Shown here: positions 32,597-42,758 of the stretch, in pieces
Layout: each line of letters starts with the position of its first letter
Position numbering within the stretch: position 1 is the first letter of the stretch
Origin: Myxococcota bacterium
GTDB taxonomy: Bacteria; Myxococcota; XYA12-FULL-58-9; JALHOP01
Direction: 5' to 3'
DNA length: 64,000 bases
Assembly: GCA_041288095.1 (NCBI GenBank)
Contig: JBGGMJ010000197.1
Coordinates: 1 to 64,000, forward strand
The notes under the pieces: model-generated
Told to the model about the DNA's origin: nothing
Databases searched by the model: none
What the model saw: the letters and a program-made list of their open reading frames with translations, nothing else
Program-made: the position numbers and the translations under genes

Positions 32597-34422
32597 GAGC
32601 TCACGCGCGTGCCCTGCACGAGTTGTTCGAGCCGCGCCTTAAGGGGCCGCGAAGGATGCGCGGCCAAAGCTTTGACGAAGCACGCGTGCGCTTCTTCACG
32701 CTTTCCCCTGGCGCGGTAGGTTTCACCAAGGTGCAGCAGAATCTCAGGATCATTCGTCGAGCCCCGCATGGCGCGCACCAGCAAGCGCTCGGCGAGCTCG
32801 TAGCTCTGCTTGCGGAAGGCCAGCCAGCCGAGGCTGTCGACGATGAAGCTCTCTTCGGAGCCCAGACGATAGGCGTGGCGCAGATGCACTTCGGCTTCCT
32901 CGAGATCGCGCCCCGCGTCCGCCAAGGTGAAGCCGAGCGCGTTCAAGCGCGTCGCGTCCTCGGGCTGCTCCTCGACCATGGCGCGCAAGATGGTTACCGC
33001 CTCGTCGAGACGCCCGTTGCGTGCCAATGCGTCCGAGTAGCGCATGCGCAGGTCGGCGCTGCTCTTGTCGACGGCGTGCAACGCCCCGATGAGCGCCATT
33101 GCCTCGGCCTCGTGCCCGAAATGCTGGGCGAGGGTTGCCGTCGCGAGGCCTTGCTCGTGGTTGCCGAGGCCCGGCGCCTTGAGGAAGAGCGCGAGCTTGC
33201 GACGCGCGACCATTTCGTCGGGCTCGAGCGCCAGCACGCGCGAGGCATCGAGCGCCATCTCGCGACGCGAAGCCCCGGCGCTCAGGGCGCGCTGCAAGAG
33301 CGCTAGAGCTTCGTCGATGCGGCCGCTCTCGCCAAGACAGCCGGCGCGCGTGCGCACGACGTCGAGCGTGTCGCCCACGTGCTCGAGCTCCGCCAGACAT
33401 TGCTTGGGATCGCCACTCTCGCGGTACGCCTCGGCGATGAAGGCGGAGAGCTGCGCCGGCGACGGTCCCAGGCCGTCCGCCGTGGCGGTCTTGCGCATCT
33501 CGCTGACGAGGGTGAGCCCGGCCGCGAGATTTCCTTCCGCGATGTCGCCGCTCGCGACGACGCCGCGGGCAATCAGGTCGGTACCGGCGATACGCAACGC
33601 CTCGACCCTGTACGCTTTAGCAGACGATGACCCGGCGCGTTCGTAGAGGCGAGCGACCTGAACGTACAACCCGACGTCATCCGGCTCGTAGGCGAACAGC
33701 TTGGCAAGGCTCGCGGCCGCGTCGGCGGGCCGCCCCATCAGGTCGAGGACCCGCATCTCGCCGAAAGCTGCGTCCCGCGACCCAGGCTTCTGCTCGCGCG
33801 CCCGTTGGTAAGTAGCGAGCGCCGTGCCGAGGCGCCCGTGATCCTCGAGGACGCCGCCGAGCTGGGCCGCGAGATCGTCACGACCGGGATAGGCGTTCAT
33901 CAAGTCGATGACTCGCCCCTCCGCTTCAGCGGTCTTGCGCTGCCAGGCCAAGGCGTCGGCGAGCCCACTCCCCGCCACCAGAACCGTGTGCTCGTCGGCG
34001 AGGCCGTGCATGAGCAATGCGACCGCCTCACCGTAGCGTTTGTTGCGGCGGGCCAGCTCGCCCGCCATCGTCGTCAGGTAGGGATCGGTCGGCGCCCGCG
34101 CCAATCCGTGCTCGAGCACGTCGCGGGCACGATCGAGGCGCCCTTCCGAGACCCAAGCCTCGGCGAGCTTCTGATGCAGGTAGCCGGAATCGGCGTCGTA
34201 CAGCAGCGCCAGTCGGAAGTGCGCGATGGCCGCTCCCGAGTAGCCATTCTCGAGAAAATACAGCCCCTGCATGACATGGGTAACGCCGGCCGGCGCGAGC
34301 TGCGCCGCGTCAACCGGAACCGCGATGAGGTGGTCACCGCTCGGCGCCGGCCGCGGGGCGGGTGGCGTCGCGGCGCAGGCCACGAGCAAGGACACGACGA
34401 GCGCCGGCGCCGCTCGGCACAT
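32593..34422 (-). CDS. TPR-repeat lipoprotein
   Basis: Lipobox LLVAC. C-terminal TPRs LNALGFTLA...IVDSLGWLAF...EILLHLGE, typical of the TPR protein encoded next to lolB. Confidence 0.85.
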   Translation of the reverse strand: MCRAAPALVVSLLVACAATPPAPRPAPSGDHLIAVPVDAAQLAPAGVTHVMQGLYFLENGYSGAAIAHFRLALLYDADSGYLHQKLAEAWVSEGRLDRARDVLEHGLARAPTDPYLTTMAGELARRNKRYGEAVALLMHGLADEHTVLVAGSGLADALAWQRKTAEAEGRVIDLMNAYPGRDDLAAQLGGVLEDHGRLGTALATYQRAREQKPGSRDAAFGEMRVLDLMGRPADAAASLAKLFAYEPDDVGLYVQVARLYERAGSSSAKAYRVEALRIAGTDLIARGVVASGDIAEGNLAAGLTLVSEMRKTATADGLGPSPAQLSAFIAEAYRESGDPKQCLAELEHVGDTLDVVRTRAGCLGESGRIDEALALLQRALSAGASRREMALDASRVLALEPDEMVARRKLALFLKAPGLGNHEQGLATATLAQHFGHEAEAMALIGALHAVDKSSADLRMRYSDALARNGRLDEAVTILRAMVEEQPEDATRLNALGFTLADAGRDLEEAEVHLRHAYRLGSEESFIVDSLGWLAFRKQSYELAERLLVRAMRGSTNDPEILLHLGETYRARGKREEAHACFVKALAAHPSRPLKARLEQLVQGTRVSS

Positions 34423-36731
34423 CAGTTCTGAGTTTCCGGAGCCTTCGTGGCGTCGTCTTCCGGCGTCGGATCGACGGGCGGCTGGAACGGTGGCGGCGCT
34501 CCACGAATGATCGTCGGTGAGTCTGGCGGGGTTTGGATCTCGGGAGGCGTGCCGTCGCGCGGCTCAGGCGGAGGCGTCGGACGCGGCGCTGGGTCGCGTC
34601 GTGGCTGCTGCTCGGGCTTCGGCGTCGGGGGCGCGGCCGGCTTCGGCGGTTGGGGCGCGGGCTCCGTCTTCGCTTCGGGTGCCTTCGCGGTCTCGGGGGC
34701 CTTCGCCGTCTGCGGGCTCTTGCCGCTGGTCGGGGTCGCCGGCGCTTCGGGCATCACGGTGAGGAGGTCCTTGGCTTTCCGATGGTCCGCGTTCGCGGCC
34801 AGTACCTCGGTCGCGAGGTCGCGGGCGCGGCCGACCTCACCGCGTGCCGCCTCCAGCCGGGCGAGCTCGAAACGAGGCCGCTGCCAACGTGGCTCGAGCG
34901 TCATGGCGCGTTCGAGTGCGGCGCGCGCGCCGGCCGCATCACCTTCGAGGTTACGCAGCGTCGCTTGCAGGTACGCCGCATACGCCGTCGGCGGCGGCGC
35001 GTCCTCGGTGGCGTGAGCGAGACGCATGCCGCGCAGGTATGCGTCGCGCGCATGTGCCCGCTGATCCTCGTCGAGGGCGTAGTAGATGCCGGCGGTGAAG
35101 GCGAGCTCGGCGCTCTCGTCGTTCTTGCGCGACAAGACGCGGCGCGCGTGCGCGAGCTCCGCCGACGCCGTGGCGAGCATCTGCGATGACTGCACGACCT
35201 CGCCTTCGGCGACCATGTTCTGGGCGGCGGCGCGCACATCGACGCCACGGAACACCGATGCGATGCCATAGATGACGCGGGCATCCGCGTTCGAAGGATC
35301 GATGTCCAAGATGTCGTTCGCGGCCTTGGCGGCGTCGCGATAGCCGACGTCGGTGTCTGCGAGCAGCGCGGTGCGGGCGTTGGTCGTGAGCTCCTGCACA
35401 CGCGGGTCACTCGGGCCCCGGATATGCATGATCTGCAACACCGACTTGCCGGTGAGGAGGGGCATCATTCCCAAGACGAGGGCGACGATCAGCACGAGCC
35501 CGGACACACCGAGGATGGTGTTGCGGTGCTTACCGCGCAGCCCGATCTTCGAGAAGACGCTGTCCTCGTCATCGAACTCGCGTGGGTCGATGCGCGGGTT
35601 GCTGTCGCGACGCATGCGCGCGACGTCTTCGTCGTCGAACGGCGGCCGGCGCGTCTTGGGCCGTCCCTTGCCGTCACTGCCGGTGCGAACACGCGAACGC
35701 ATGACCGCCTGAGGATCTGGAGCGCCCCAGTTGGTGGCACCGGCACGCGAGCGCTCGTTGACCGCCATCGGCACGATGGCGCGCGGAGCGGTCTCGTCGC
35801 GCGACTGAACGACGGTCGGCGCGTCGTCGAGGACTTCGGCGTCTTCGGGGCCGGGGCGCACACCCGCCGCGTGAGCGAATGGCTTGGTGATCTCCTCGGG
35901 AATGGGCGTGTCGATGGGGCCCGAGGCGGTCGGACCTTCGGCGATCGATTCCCCGAAGCTCGGCCTCGCGTCCGTCGCGGCGGAGCCGGGCGCGTCCACC
36001 GTCGTCTCTTCGTCCGGATCCATCATCGACGCGCGCCCTGTTTCGGTGGCGAGCACCCGCCCCACTTCAGGCTCCGAGCTCTCTTCGTCGAGCACTTCCG
36101 CGTCGAGCGGACGCAGCAAGTCGACCGCCGCGGGAATCGTGTCGTCGTCGTGCTCGATCGAATCAGGCGGCAGCTCCGCCACAACGTCCGGATCACCGAC
36201 GCGCGTCAGCCGGAACGGGTTGGCGCACTGCGTACAAGGCGCTTCGACCCCACCGCGGGGAATGTCATTGGCCGCGAAAGCGTACACCGTTTCGCACGCG
36301 GGGCAGGCGATGCTGAACTGGAGCTCGGTAGCCTCGGCGAGGCCGGCGTTCGTCGAGAGGCCGCCTCGGCCACCCACCGGCAGCACCGTAACCGTGGCGG
36401 GGCCGTCACGGCCGGCGCGTGGTTTTTGCCGCGGAGTGACGTCGGTGACCATCGGCGCCGTGCCCACGCCGGTCGCGGCACGACTCGCGGTGGCCTGGGA
36501 TGCCACCGTGCGTGCCGACTTGGGCGCCAGGGCGGGAGGCGCGAGCCAGGTGTCGATCATCGACATGCTCGGCAGCGCGATCGGCGCCTCGTTGCCCGAG
36601 GCGTCGGGTGCGACCACGAAAATGCCGCTGCAGTTGGCGCATTGCGCGTCGTAGCCCGCCTGGGGAATGAGCGAGCGCTCGAACTGATAGCGCGCGCCGC
36701 AGTGCGGGCATGTGACCTGCATCAACATCAT
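34422..36731 (-). CDS. Double MJ0042-type zinc-ribbon, single-TM, TPR protein
   Basis: CPHC...CANC and CPAC...CTQC ribbons, an acidic linker, one TM helix, TPR-like helices and a Pro-rich tail. Confidence 0.8.
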   Translation of the reverse strand: MMLMQVTCPHCGARYQFERSLIPQAGYDAQCANCSGIFVVAPDASGNEAPIALPSMSMIDTWLAPPALAPKSARTVASQATASRAATGVGTAPMVTDVTPRQKPRAGRDGPATVTVLPVGGRGGLSTNAGLAEATELQFSIACPACETVYAFAANDIPRGGVEAPCTQCANPFRLTRVGDPDVVAELPPDSIEHDDDTIPAAVDLLRPLDAEVLDEESSEPEVGRVLATETGRASMMDPDEETTVDAPGSAATDARPSFGESIAEGPTASGPIDTPIPEEITKPFAHAAGVRPGPEDAEVLDDAPTVVQSRDETAPRAIVPMAVNERSRAGATNWGAPDPQAVMRSRVRTGSDGKGRPKTRRPPFDDEDVARMRRDSNPRIDPREFDDEDSVFSKIGLRGKHRNTILGVSGLVLIVALVLGMMPLLTGKSVLQIMHIRGPSDPRVQELTTNARTALLADTDVGYRDAAKAANDILDIDPSNADARVIYGIASVFRGVDVRAAAQNMVAEGEVVQSSQMLATASAELAHARRVLSRKNDESAELAFTAGIYYALDEDQRAHARDAYLRGMRLAHATEDAPPPTAYAAYLQATLRNLEGDAAGARAALERAMTLEPRWQRPRFELARLEAARGEVGRARDLATEVLAANADHRKAKDLLTVMPEAPATPTSGKSPQTAKAPETAKAPEAKTEPAPQPPKPAAPPTPKPEQQPRRDPAPRPTPPPEPRDGTPPEIQTPPDSPTIIRGAPPPFQPPVDPTPEDDATKAPETQN

Positions 36732-36746
36732 CGGTTCACTACAATC

Positions 36747-37499
36747 TCAGCGTATTCGCGCATGAAGCAAGAATTCGTGGTTCCCTTTGGCTCCCAAAAT
36801 GGGCGAATCCATGCTGGAAACCTGGGTATAGCCGTTCTCGGCCGCGATGGCTGCCGTGCTGTCTAGGGCCCGCTTTCGCGCCACTGGGTCGCGAACGATT
36901 CCGCCCTTGCCGACGTCGGCGCGACCGACCTCGAACTGCGGCTTCACCAAGGCAACGAGCTCGCTCGGCCTCGCCGACAAGCGGACCACGTGCGGCAACA
37001 CCAGGGCGAGCGAGATGAAGGAGACATCGATCACCGTGAGGCTCACCGGGTCGGGCACGAGCGCGGCATCCAAGGCGCGAATGTTCGTCTGCTCGATCAC
37101 CACGACCCTCGGGTCCTCACGCAGCTTCCACGCCAGCTGATTGGTGCCGACGTCCACCGCGTAGACCTTGGCGGCTGACCGCTGTAGCAGACAGTCGGTG
37201 AAGCCGCCGGTCGAAGCACCGACGTCCATGCAGATCTTTCCCGCGGGATCGACGTGAAACCGGTCGAGCGCCGCCTCGAGCTTCAAACCGCCACGGGACA
37301 CGTAACGCAGGGGCTCGCCCTTCAAACGCAACATGGTGCCGTCGGTCAGCAGCTCGCCCGGCTTGTCCACGCGCCGTTCGCCGCCACTCTTGGCGTCGAC
37401 GGCGACGATGGAGCCGGCCAAGAGCAGCGCCTGGGCCCGCGAGCGCGTCTCGGCGAGCCCTTGCTCGACAACCAAGAGGTCGGCGCGCTGCTTCGCCAC
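36747..37499 (-). CDS. tlyA: TlyA family rRNA 2'-O-methyltransferase
   Basis: S4-like N-terminus, YVSRGGLKL, DVGASTGGFTD, DVSFISL, LVKPQFE, GNHEF. Confidence 0.96.
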   Translation of the reverse strand: MAKQRADLLVVEQGLAETRSRAQALLLAGSIVAVDAKSGGERRVDKPGELLTDGTMLRLKGEPLRYVSRGGLKLEAALDRFHVDPAGKICMDVGASTGGFTDCLLQRSAAKVYAVDVGTNQLAWKLREDPRVVVIEQTNIRALDAALVPDPVSLTVIDVSFISLALVLPHVVRLSARPSELVALVKPQFEVGRADVGKGGIVRDPVARKRALDSTAAIAAENGYTQVSSMDSPILGAKGNHEFLLHARIR

Positions 37500-37507
37500 G
37501 GACGGCC

Positions 37508-37747
37508 TTAACCCTCGTCGACTGCGAACGGCTGGACGCGGTCACCTTCGAGCAGGATTTCGAGCTTCTTCTCGGCCTCGTCGAGGCGCTTGGTGCCGAC
37601 CTTCGAGAGCCGGACGCCCTCCTCGAAGAGCGCGAGCGACTGCTCGAGGCTCGCGTCGCCCGATTCGAGACGCTCGGCGATGTCCTCGAGGCGCTGCAAA
37701 ATGGCCTCGAGTGAGGTCGGCTCGGATGTCTTGTCGGCGTCGCTCAT
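37508..37747 (-). CDS. xseB: Exodeoxyribonuclease VII small subunit
   Basis: LEDIAERLESGDASLEQSLALFEEGVRL...LDEAE; coupled to xseA. Confidence 0.95.
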   Translation of the reverse strand: MSDADKTSEPTSLEAILQRLEDIAERLESGDASLEQSLALFEEGVRLSKVGTKRLDEAEKKLEILLEGDRVQPFAVDEG

Positions 37748-39147
37748 GTGTCCTCGTCATCGGCCGGGGTCTGTCGCGGCCCCAAGCGCTCGACCCGCGC
37801 CTGAATCTGCCCGCGCGCCAGGCGGATGTCCACGTGGTCACCCACCGTGAGCTCACGAACGTCGCGCACCACGGCGCCCGAGGCGGTCTTCACCAAGGCG
37901 AAGCCACGGTCCAGCACGGCCAGCGGCGAGAGCGCGTGCAACCGCGCCGCCACTTCGGCGAGCCGCGCTCGGTGCGATTCGACTCGGGCACGCGTGCTCG
38001 GACCAAGCCGCGCCGTGAGAGTCGCGAGCTCGGCGCGCTCCGAGGCGAGGCGCGAGCGCGCCGGCGCGGTCAGCCGAGCCTTCAAGCTCTCGAGCTGGGC
38101 GCGCACGCCGGTGAGCCGGGCGCGCGGGTGCAAGCGCGCGAGACGCCCTTCGAGCCGTTGCAGGGCAAGGCGCTCGTCACGGCAGCGACCGAGGCTCGCT
38201 TGGCGCAAGTGCGTGTGCGCGCTCGCCAAGCGCTTGCGCTCACGGGTGACGTCCCGCCGCAGGGCGCGGCTCATGCGCAGCAGCGGCCGCTCGAGCCGCT
38301 GCTCGAGATCGGCGGCGAGAGGAAAGACGAGCTCCGCCGCCGCGGACGGTGTCGGCGCCCTCAAATCGGCGGCGAAGTCCGCGATGGTGGTGTCGGTCTC
38401 GTGACCCACGCCGGAGACCACCGGTACCGAACACGCCGCGATGGCGCGGGCGACGCGCTCGTCGTTGAAGCCCCAGAGATCCTCGAGGGAACCGCCGCCA
38501 CGAGCGACGACGACCACGGAGATGCCGAGCGACGGCGCGAGTCGCGACGCTCGTTTCACCGCCGCGGCGATCCAGGCCGCCGAGTCCGCGCCTTGCACCT
38601 TGCTCGGCACCACGAGGATCCGCGCCTTGGGAAAGCGCCGAGTAGCGACGTTCACGATGTCCCGGATCACCGCGCCGGTGGGGCTCGTGACCACGGCGAC
38701 GGTGGCGGGAACCAGCGCGAGCTTGCGCTTGCGGCCGGCATCGAAGAGGCCTTCGGCGAGCAATCGCGCCTTGGTCTGCTCGAACGCGGCCTGCAAGGCG
38801 CCGGCGCCGACGGGCTCGATGCTCTCGACGGTTAGTTGGTAGCGGCCCTGCGGCTCGTAGACCGTGAGGCGGCCGCGCGCCACGACTTGCATGCCGTCCT
38901 CGAGGCGGACCTTCAAGGCGCGGTACTCGCGGCCCCACATCATCGCCTGGACCTGCGAGCGTTGATCCTTCAAGCACATGTAGCAGTGGCCGTTGTGCAC
39001 GCGGACGCTCGACAGCTCGCCGACCACGGCCACCTGCGGATAACGCTGCTCGAGGAGCTGCCGCAGCTGCGTGGTGAGCTGCGACACCGTGAGCGGCGCG
39101 GCTTGACGACCCAAGGCCAGCAAGGCCGGATTGACGTGCTTGCTCAC
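37744..39147 (-). CDS. xseA: Exodeoxyribonuclease VII large subunit
   Basis: TVSQL...GELS, VVTSPTGAVIRD, ARGGGSLEDLWGFN, SGVGHETD, RAPTPSAAAE. Confidence 0.96.
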   Translation of the reverse strand: MSKHVNPALLALGRQAAPLTVSQLTTQLRQLLEQRYPQVAVVGELSSVRVHNGHCYMCLKDQRSQVQAMMWGREYRALKVRLEDGMQVVARGRLTVYEPQGRYQLTVESIEPVGAGALQAAFEQTKARLLAEGLFDAGRKRKLALVPATVAVVTSPTGAVIRDIVNVATRRFPKARILVVPSKVQGADSAAWIAAAVKRASRLAPSLGISVVVVARGGGSLEDLWGFNDERVARAIAACSVPVVSGVGHETDTTIADFAADLRAPTPSAAAELVFPLAADLEQRLERPLLRMSRALRRDVTRERKRLASAHTHLRQASLGRCRDERLALQRLEGRLARLHPRARLTGVRAQLESLKARLTAPARSRLASERAELATLTARLGPSTRARVESHRARLAEVAARLHALSPLAVLDRGFALVKTASGAVVRDVRELTVGDHVDIRLARGQIQARVERLGPRQTPADDEDT

Positions 39148-39163
39148 ACCACGCGCTCGCCCG

Positions 39164-41488
39164 TCAGGGCGACTGCCCCTCGTAGGCCTTGAGCAGCTCT
39201 TCCACCTGCCGAGCGTCTTTGGCGTCGGGCATCACGCGCAAGTACATGCGGTAGTACTTCGCCGCCTTCGGACCGTTCTTCTGACGGGCGTAGGCGATGC
39301 CCAGGGCGCGATAGCACATGCCTGCCTTGGTGTCCGCTTTGACGCACTTGTCGAGCAGATCGATCGCCTTGTCGGTCTCTTGCGACTGCAAGGCTTGCAG
39401 CCCCGCGGTGTAGTAGCCCTTCGCGTCCATTGGTGGCTCGGCCGCCGGCTTCGGCTGCGGCGGAGGAGTCGGACGCGGCGCTGCTTGTTGCGGTGCCGGT
39501 TGCGGCGGCGTGGGCGCGGGTTGCGGCGGCGGCGTAGGAGTCGGCACCGGGGTCGGTTGCGGCGCGGGCACCGGCGGCGGCTGCTGCACGACGAGGGGCG
39601 CGGAGGCCTTCTGCGGTTGCTGCTTGGGGTCGTTCTTCGCCCGATCCTTGGCGCGGCCATCGCGGTCACGTCCGTCACGCGGCGGCGGAGTTGCCTCGCG
39701 ATTGTCGGCTACGAGCTCATGACCGCCACCACGCTCGAGCTCCGCGACCTGGCGCTGGAGGCCAGGCAGCTCGGGCGAGAGCGGATCCATCTCGTTGATC
39801 TCGTTCAACGAGCGGCGAGCTTCCGCGACCTGGGCCGCGGCGATGTAGCGCTTGGTCTCCTCGATCTTGGCGATGACCCGGCCGGCGCGAACCTGGCCAC
39901 GCAAGCTCACGGACTGAGTGTGCGCCGAGGTCGACTCCGGCACCTCCGACAGCGAGCGCCAAGCGTCGTCCCAGTTGCGAGCTTCGATGGCGCGCACGGC
40001 GCGGTCGAGCGCGTTCTGGCCGATGATCTCGTCGGTGGCGCGCTGCTTGATTTCTTGCGCCTCGCCGTCGGCGGGGTTCAAGACGAGGAGCGCGTCCGCG
40101 AGCTTGCGGGCCTCGTTCCACTCGCGTTGCAGCATCGCGGTCTTGGCGCGTTGCCGCATGTCCTGCGCGTCGGCGTTCGGTGTGTTGTCGACCTGGCGAA
40201 TCGGACGATCACCGGTGCCCGCGGTCACGGACCCGCTATTGCGGCCGCTGATCGAGAAGATCGCGATGCCGCCGATGATCACCACCGCGAGGGCCGAGAC
40301 CCCCGCGACGATGAGCGGCTTCATGCGCTTCTTGGTGTGGATGATCGAGAGCTCGTCGCTCCACTGATTGATGGCGGTCGGCGCCGTCGAGATGATGCCG
40401 CTGAGGTCGCGGTCCGACGATTGGACGGTCTCACGCGCCTGTGGTGGCGCCTGGATGCGGCTCTGCGCGGCCGGCGGCAGCGCACCGCCTCCAGCCTGCC
40501 GGAGCGCCGCGACCTCTTCGGCGTTGAAGTCGTAGGTCGCGCCGGGCGGCAAGAAGCGGAACTTCACGTGGCCCAGCTCGATGAGATCACCGCGCTTGAG
40601 CTCGGTCTGGGCGTACTCTTCGCCGTTGACCAAGGTGCCGTTCGCGCTCTTCAAATCCATGATGCGGTAGGAGCGCTGATTGACGACGATCTTGGCGTGG
40701 TGGCGCGACACCGATCGATGGTCGATGGGGATGTCGTTCTCGTCGGTGCGGCCGATCACGACCTCGGTCTTCTCGATCTCGTATTCGGCACCCGCGAACT
40801 GAGTGCTCACGCAGATGAGCTTGGCCTTCTGGCCCGCGAGTCCCGAAGCCTCCGCCCTGCCACGGCGCTCGCTGTCGCCGTGATCCATGCGAATGAGCGC
40901 CGTCGGCTCGGGGCGGTTGGCGTCGTCGTCCACGACCGGCGCGCGGCCTTGCGGCATGTCGACACGCGACAGCCCATGAGCCTCGGCGTGCGCCGCTCCG
41001 TTCGAGACGCTCCCCGCGTGGCTGGGCGCTCCCAGCGGCGGCAGACCCTGCGTTGACGGCGATAGCGGACCGCCGTTCATGGCGTGCTCGAGGCGAATGT
41101 CAGGTCGCGTCGGCTCGGAGCCCTCGCCTACCATGGTACGTTGAGTGGTCTCTTCGACGCGGCGTTGCAGACCTTCGCCACGGAGCTCGAGCTGGAAGTC
41201 GCCGACCCGGATGGTGTCGCCGTCGTGCAGCTCCTGGCGCCCCTTGATGCGGTCGCCGTTGATCCACACACCGTTGTAGGAATCCAGATCCTCCGCGAAA
41301 ATCCCCATCGGATCGCGGACGAAGCGCGCGTGACGTCGGGAAACATTCCGCTCGTTGAGGCGGATGGTGTTGCCCTCTTGGCGCCCGATGCTGATGCCGT
41401 CGCTCACACTGGACACATCGAGCGGCACGACACTGCGGCGGCCTTCATCGTCTTCGATGATGAGCTTGAAGCTCGAGTTCTCGCTCAC
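39164..41488 (-). CDS. Dual-FHA, single-TM, TPR protein
   Basis: Two FHA domains (IGRQEGN...VSRRHA...SYNGVWING and IGRTDEND...VSRHHA...SANGTLVNG), a TM helix, a Pro-rich linker and a C-terminal TPR. Confidence 0.88.
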   Translation of the reverse strand: MSENSSFKLIIEDDEGRRSVVPLDVSSVSDGISIGRQEGNTIRLNERNVSRRHARFVRDPMGIFAEDLDSYNGVWINGDRIKGRQELHDGDTIRVGDFQLELRGEGLQRRVEETTQRTMVGEGSEPTRPDIRLEHAMNGGPLSPSTQGLPPLGAPSHAGSVSNGAAHAEAHGLSRVDMPQGRAPVVDDDANRPEPTALIRMDHGDSERRGRAEASGLAGQKAKLICVSTQFAGAEYEIEKTEVVIGRTDENDIPIDHRSVSRHHAKIVVNQRSYRIMDLKSANGTLVNGEEYAQTELKRGDLIELGHVKFRFLPPGATYDFNAEEVAALRQAGGGALPPAAQSRIQAPPQARETVQSSDRDLSGIISTAPTAINQWSDELSIIHTKKRMKPLIVAGVSALAVVIIGGIAIFSISGRNSGSVTAGTGDRPIRQVDNTPNADAQDMRQRAKTAMLQREWNEARKLADALLVLNPADGEAQEIKQRATDEIIGQNALDRAVRAIEARNWDDAWRSLSEVPESTSAHTQSVSLRGQVRAGRVIAKIEETKRYIAAAQVAEARRSLNEINEMDPLSPELPGLQRQVAELERGGGHELVADNREATPPPRDGRDRDGRAKDRAKNDPKQQPQKASAPLVVQQPPPVPAPQPTPVPTPTPPPQPAPTPPQPAPQQAAPRPTPPPQPKPAAEPPMDAKGYYTAGLQALQSQETDKAIDLLDKCVKADTKAGMCYRALGIAYARQKNGPKAAKYYRMYLRVMPDAKDARQVEELLKAYEGQSP

Positions 41489-41637
41489 TTAGCGGTCCTT
41501 CGGAATCGTCGACGCGGAGACTTAGTTCCTACCATGTCCTTGCCACATGTTCGAGTCGCCATACACCCCCCCACCAGCCTCCCTTTGCGTCCTTGCCCGG
41601 AGTCGGTATGACGTTCACCTTCACCGTCAGGAACCTC

Positions 41638-42753
41638 ATGGATAACAACGACATCATCCTCGGGGGTGACGAACAGCGCACTCTCGAAACCTTTGGCTTC
41701 GACCGCACGTCGTTCCAAGAGCTTGCCGCAGATTTGGCCGCAGGCAAGTTCCCCGCGGAGCGCAACCGCATCCAGGGACGCGTCGAAAAACCGCAGGCAG
41801 GAGACATAGTTAAGTGGCCCGGCGAAGGTACGGCCGAGGCCCGGGAAGCCGAGCGTATCGGCCGCGCCGCCATCGCCGGCGGTGAGGTCGCGGTCGCCAT
41901 CTTGAACGGCGGCATGGCGACACGGTTCGGCGGCATGGTGAAATGCCTGGTCAAGGTGGTCGAGGAGCACACCTTCCTCGATCTCAAGCTCAAGAACATC
42001 GTCGACCTCGACGCGCCGGTCCCCGTCTTCCTCATGAACTCGTTTGCGACCGACGGCGACACCCGTGCCCACTTGAACGCGCGCGACTACTGCGGTGTCG
42101 CGTCGGAGCGCCTGCACGTCGTGGCGCAGCACGTCTCCTTGCGCCTGACGCCGGACGGCAAGCTCTATCGCGACGCAAACGGCCGGCTCTCGCTCTTCGC
42201 TCCGGGCCACGGCGACATCTTCGACGTGCTGGCGAACGCTTCAGCCTTCCGGCGCTTCATCGCGGGTGGCGGCAAGTACGTATTGGTGAGCAATGTCGAC
42301 AACCTCGCGGCGACGCTCACACCCAAGGTCGTCGGCTTGCACATCCTGGGGAAGAAGCCCCTCACCGTCGAGGTCGCGCCCAAGGAGCCGGGCGACCAAG
42401 GCGGTGCGCCGGCGCGCGTCGACGGCAAGCTGCAGATCGTCGAAGGGTTCCGCTTCCCGGCGAGCTTCAACCAGGACGACATTCCGGTTTTCAACTGCAA
42501 CACCTTCATCATCAACGCCACGCACGTTCGCGCCGACTATCCGCTGACCTGGTTCCGCGCCGACAAGAAGGTCGATGGCGCCTCGGTGGTGCAGTTCGAG
42601 CGACTCATGGGCGAGGCGACGGCGTTCGCGGACGCGCAATATGTCGAGGTGCCGCGCGCCGGCCACGAAGGACGCTTCTTGCCGGTGAAAACGCCCGATG
42701 ACCTGACGAGCGTACGCGACCTCGTTCGCGATAGACTGTTTCGCAAGGAGTAA
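41638..42753 (+). CDS. UTP-sugar-1-phosphate uridylyltransferase of the eukaryote-like UDPGP family
   Basis: LNGGMATRFG, FLMNSF, PGHGD, SNVDNL, FNCN, QFE and RFLPVK. Alternative start at 41608. Confidence 0.85.
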   Translation: MDNNDIILGGDEQRTLETFGFDRTSFQELAADLAAGKFPAERNRIQGRVEKPQAGDIVKWPGEGTAEAREAERIGRAAIAGGEVAVAILNGGMATRFGGMVKCLVKVVEEHTFLDLKLKNIVDLDAPVPVFLMNSFATDGDTRAHLNARDYCGVASERLHVVAQHVSLRLTPDGKLYRDANGRLSLFAPGHGDIFDVLANASAFRRFIAGGGKYVLVSNVDNLAATLTPKVVGLHILGKKPLTVEVAPKEPGDQGGAPARVDGKLQIVEGFRFPASFNQDDIPVFNCNTFIINATHVRADYPLTWFRADKKVDGASVVQFERLMGEATAFADAQYVEVPRAGHEGRFLPVKTPDDLTSVRDLVRDRLFRKE

Positions 42754-42758
42754 GAGGT

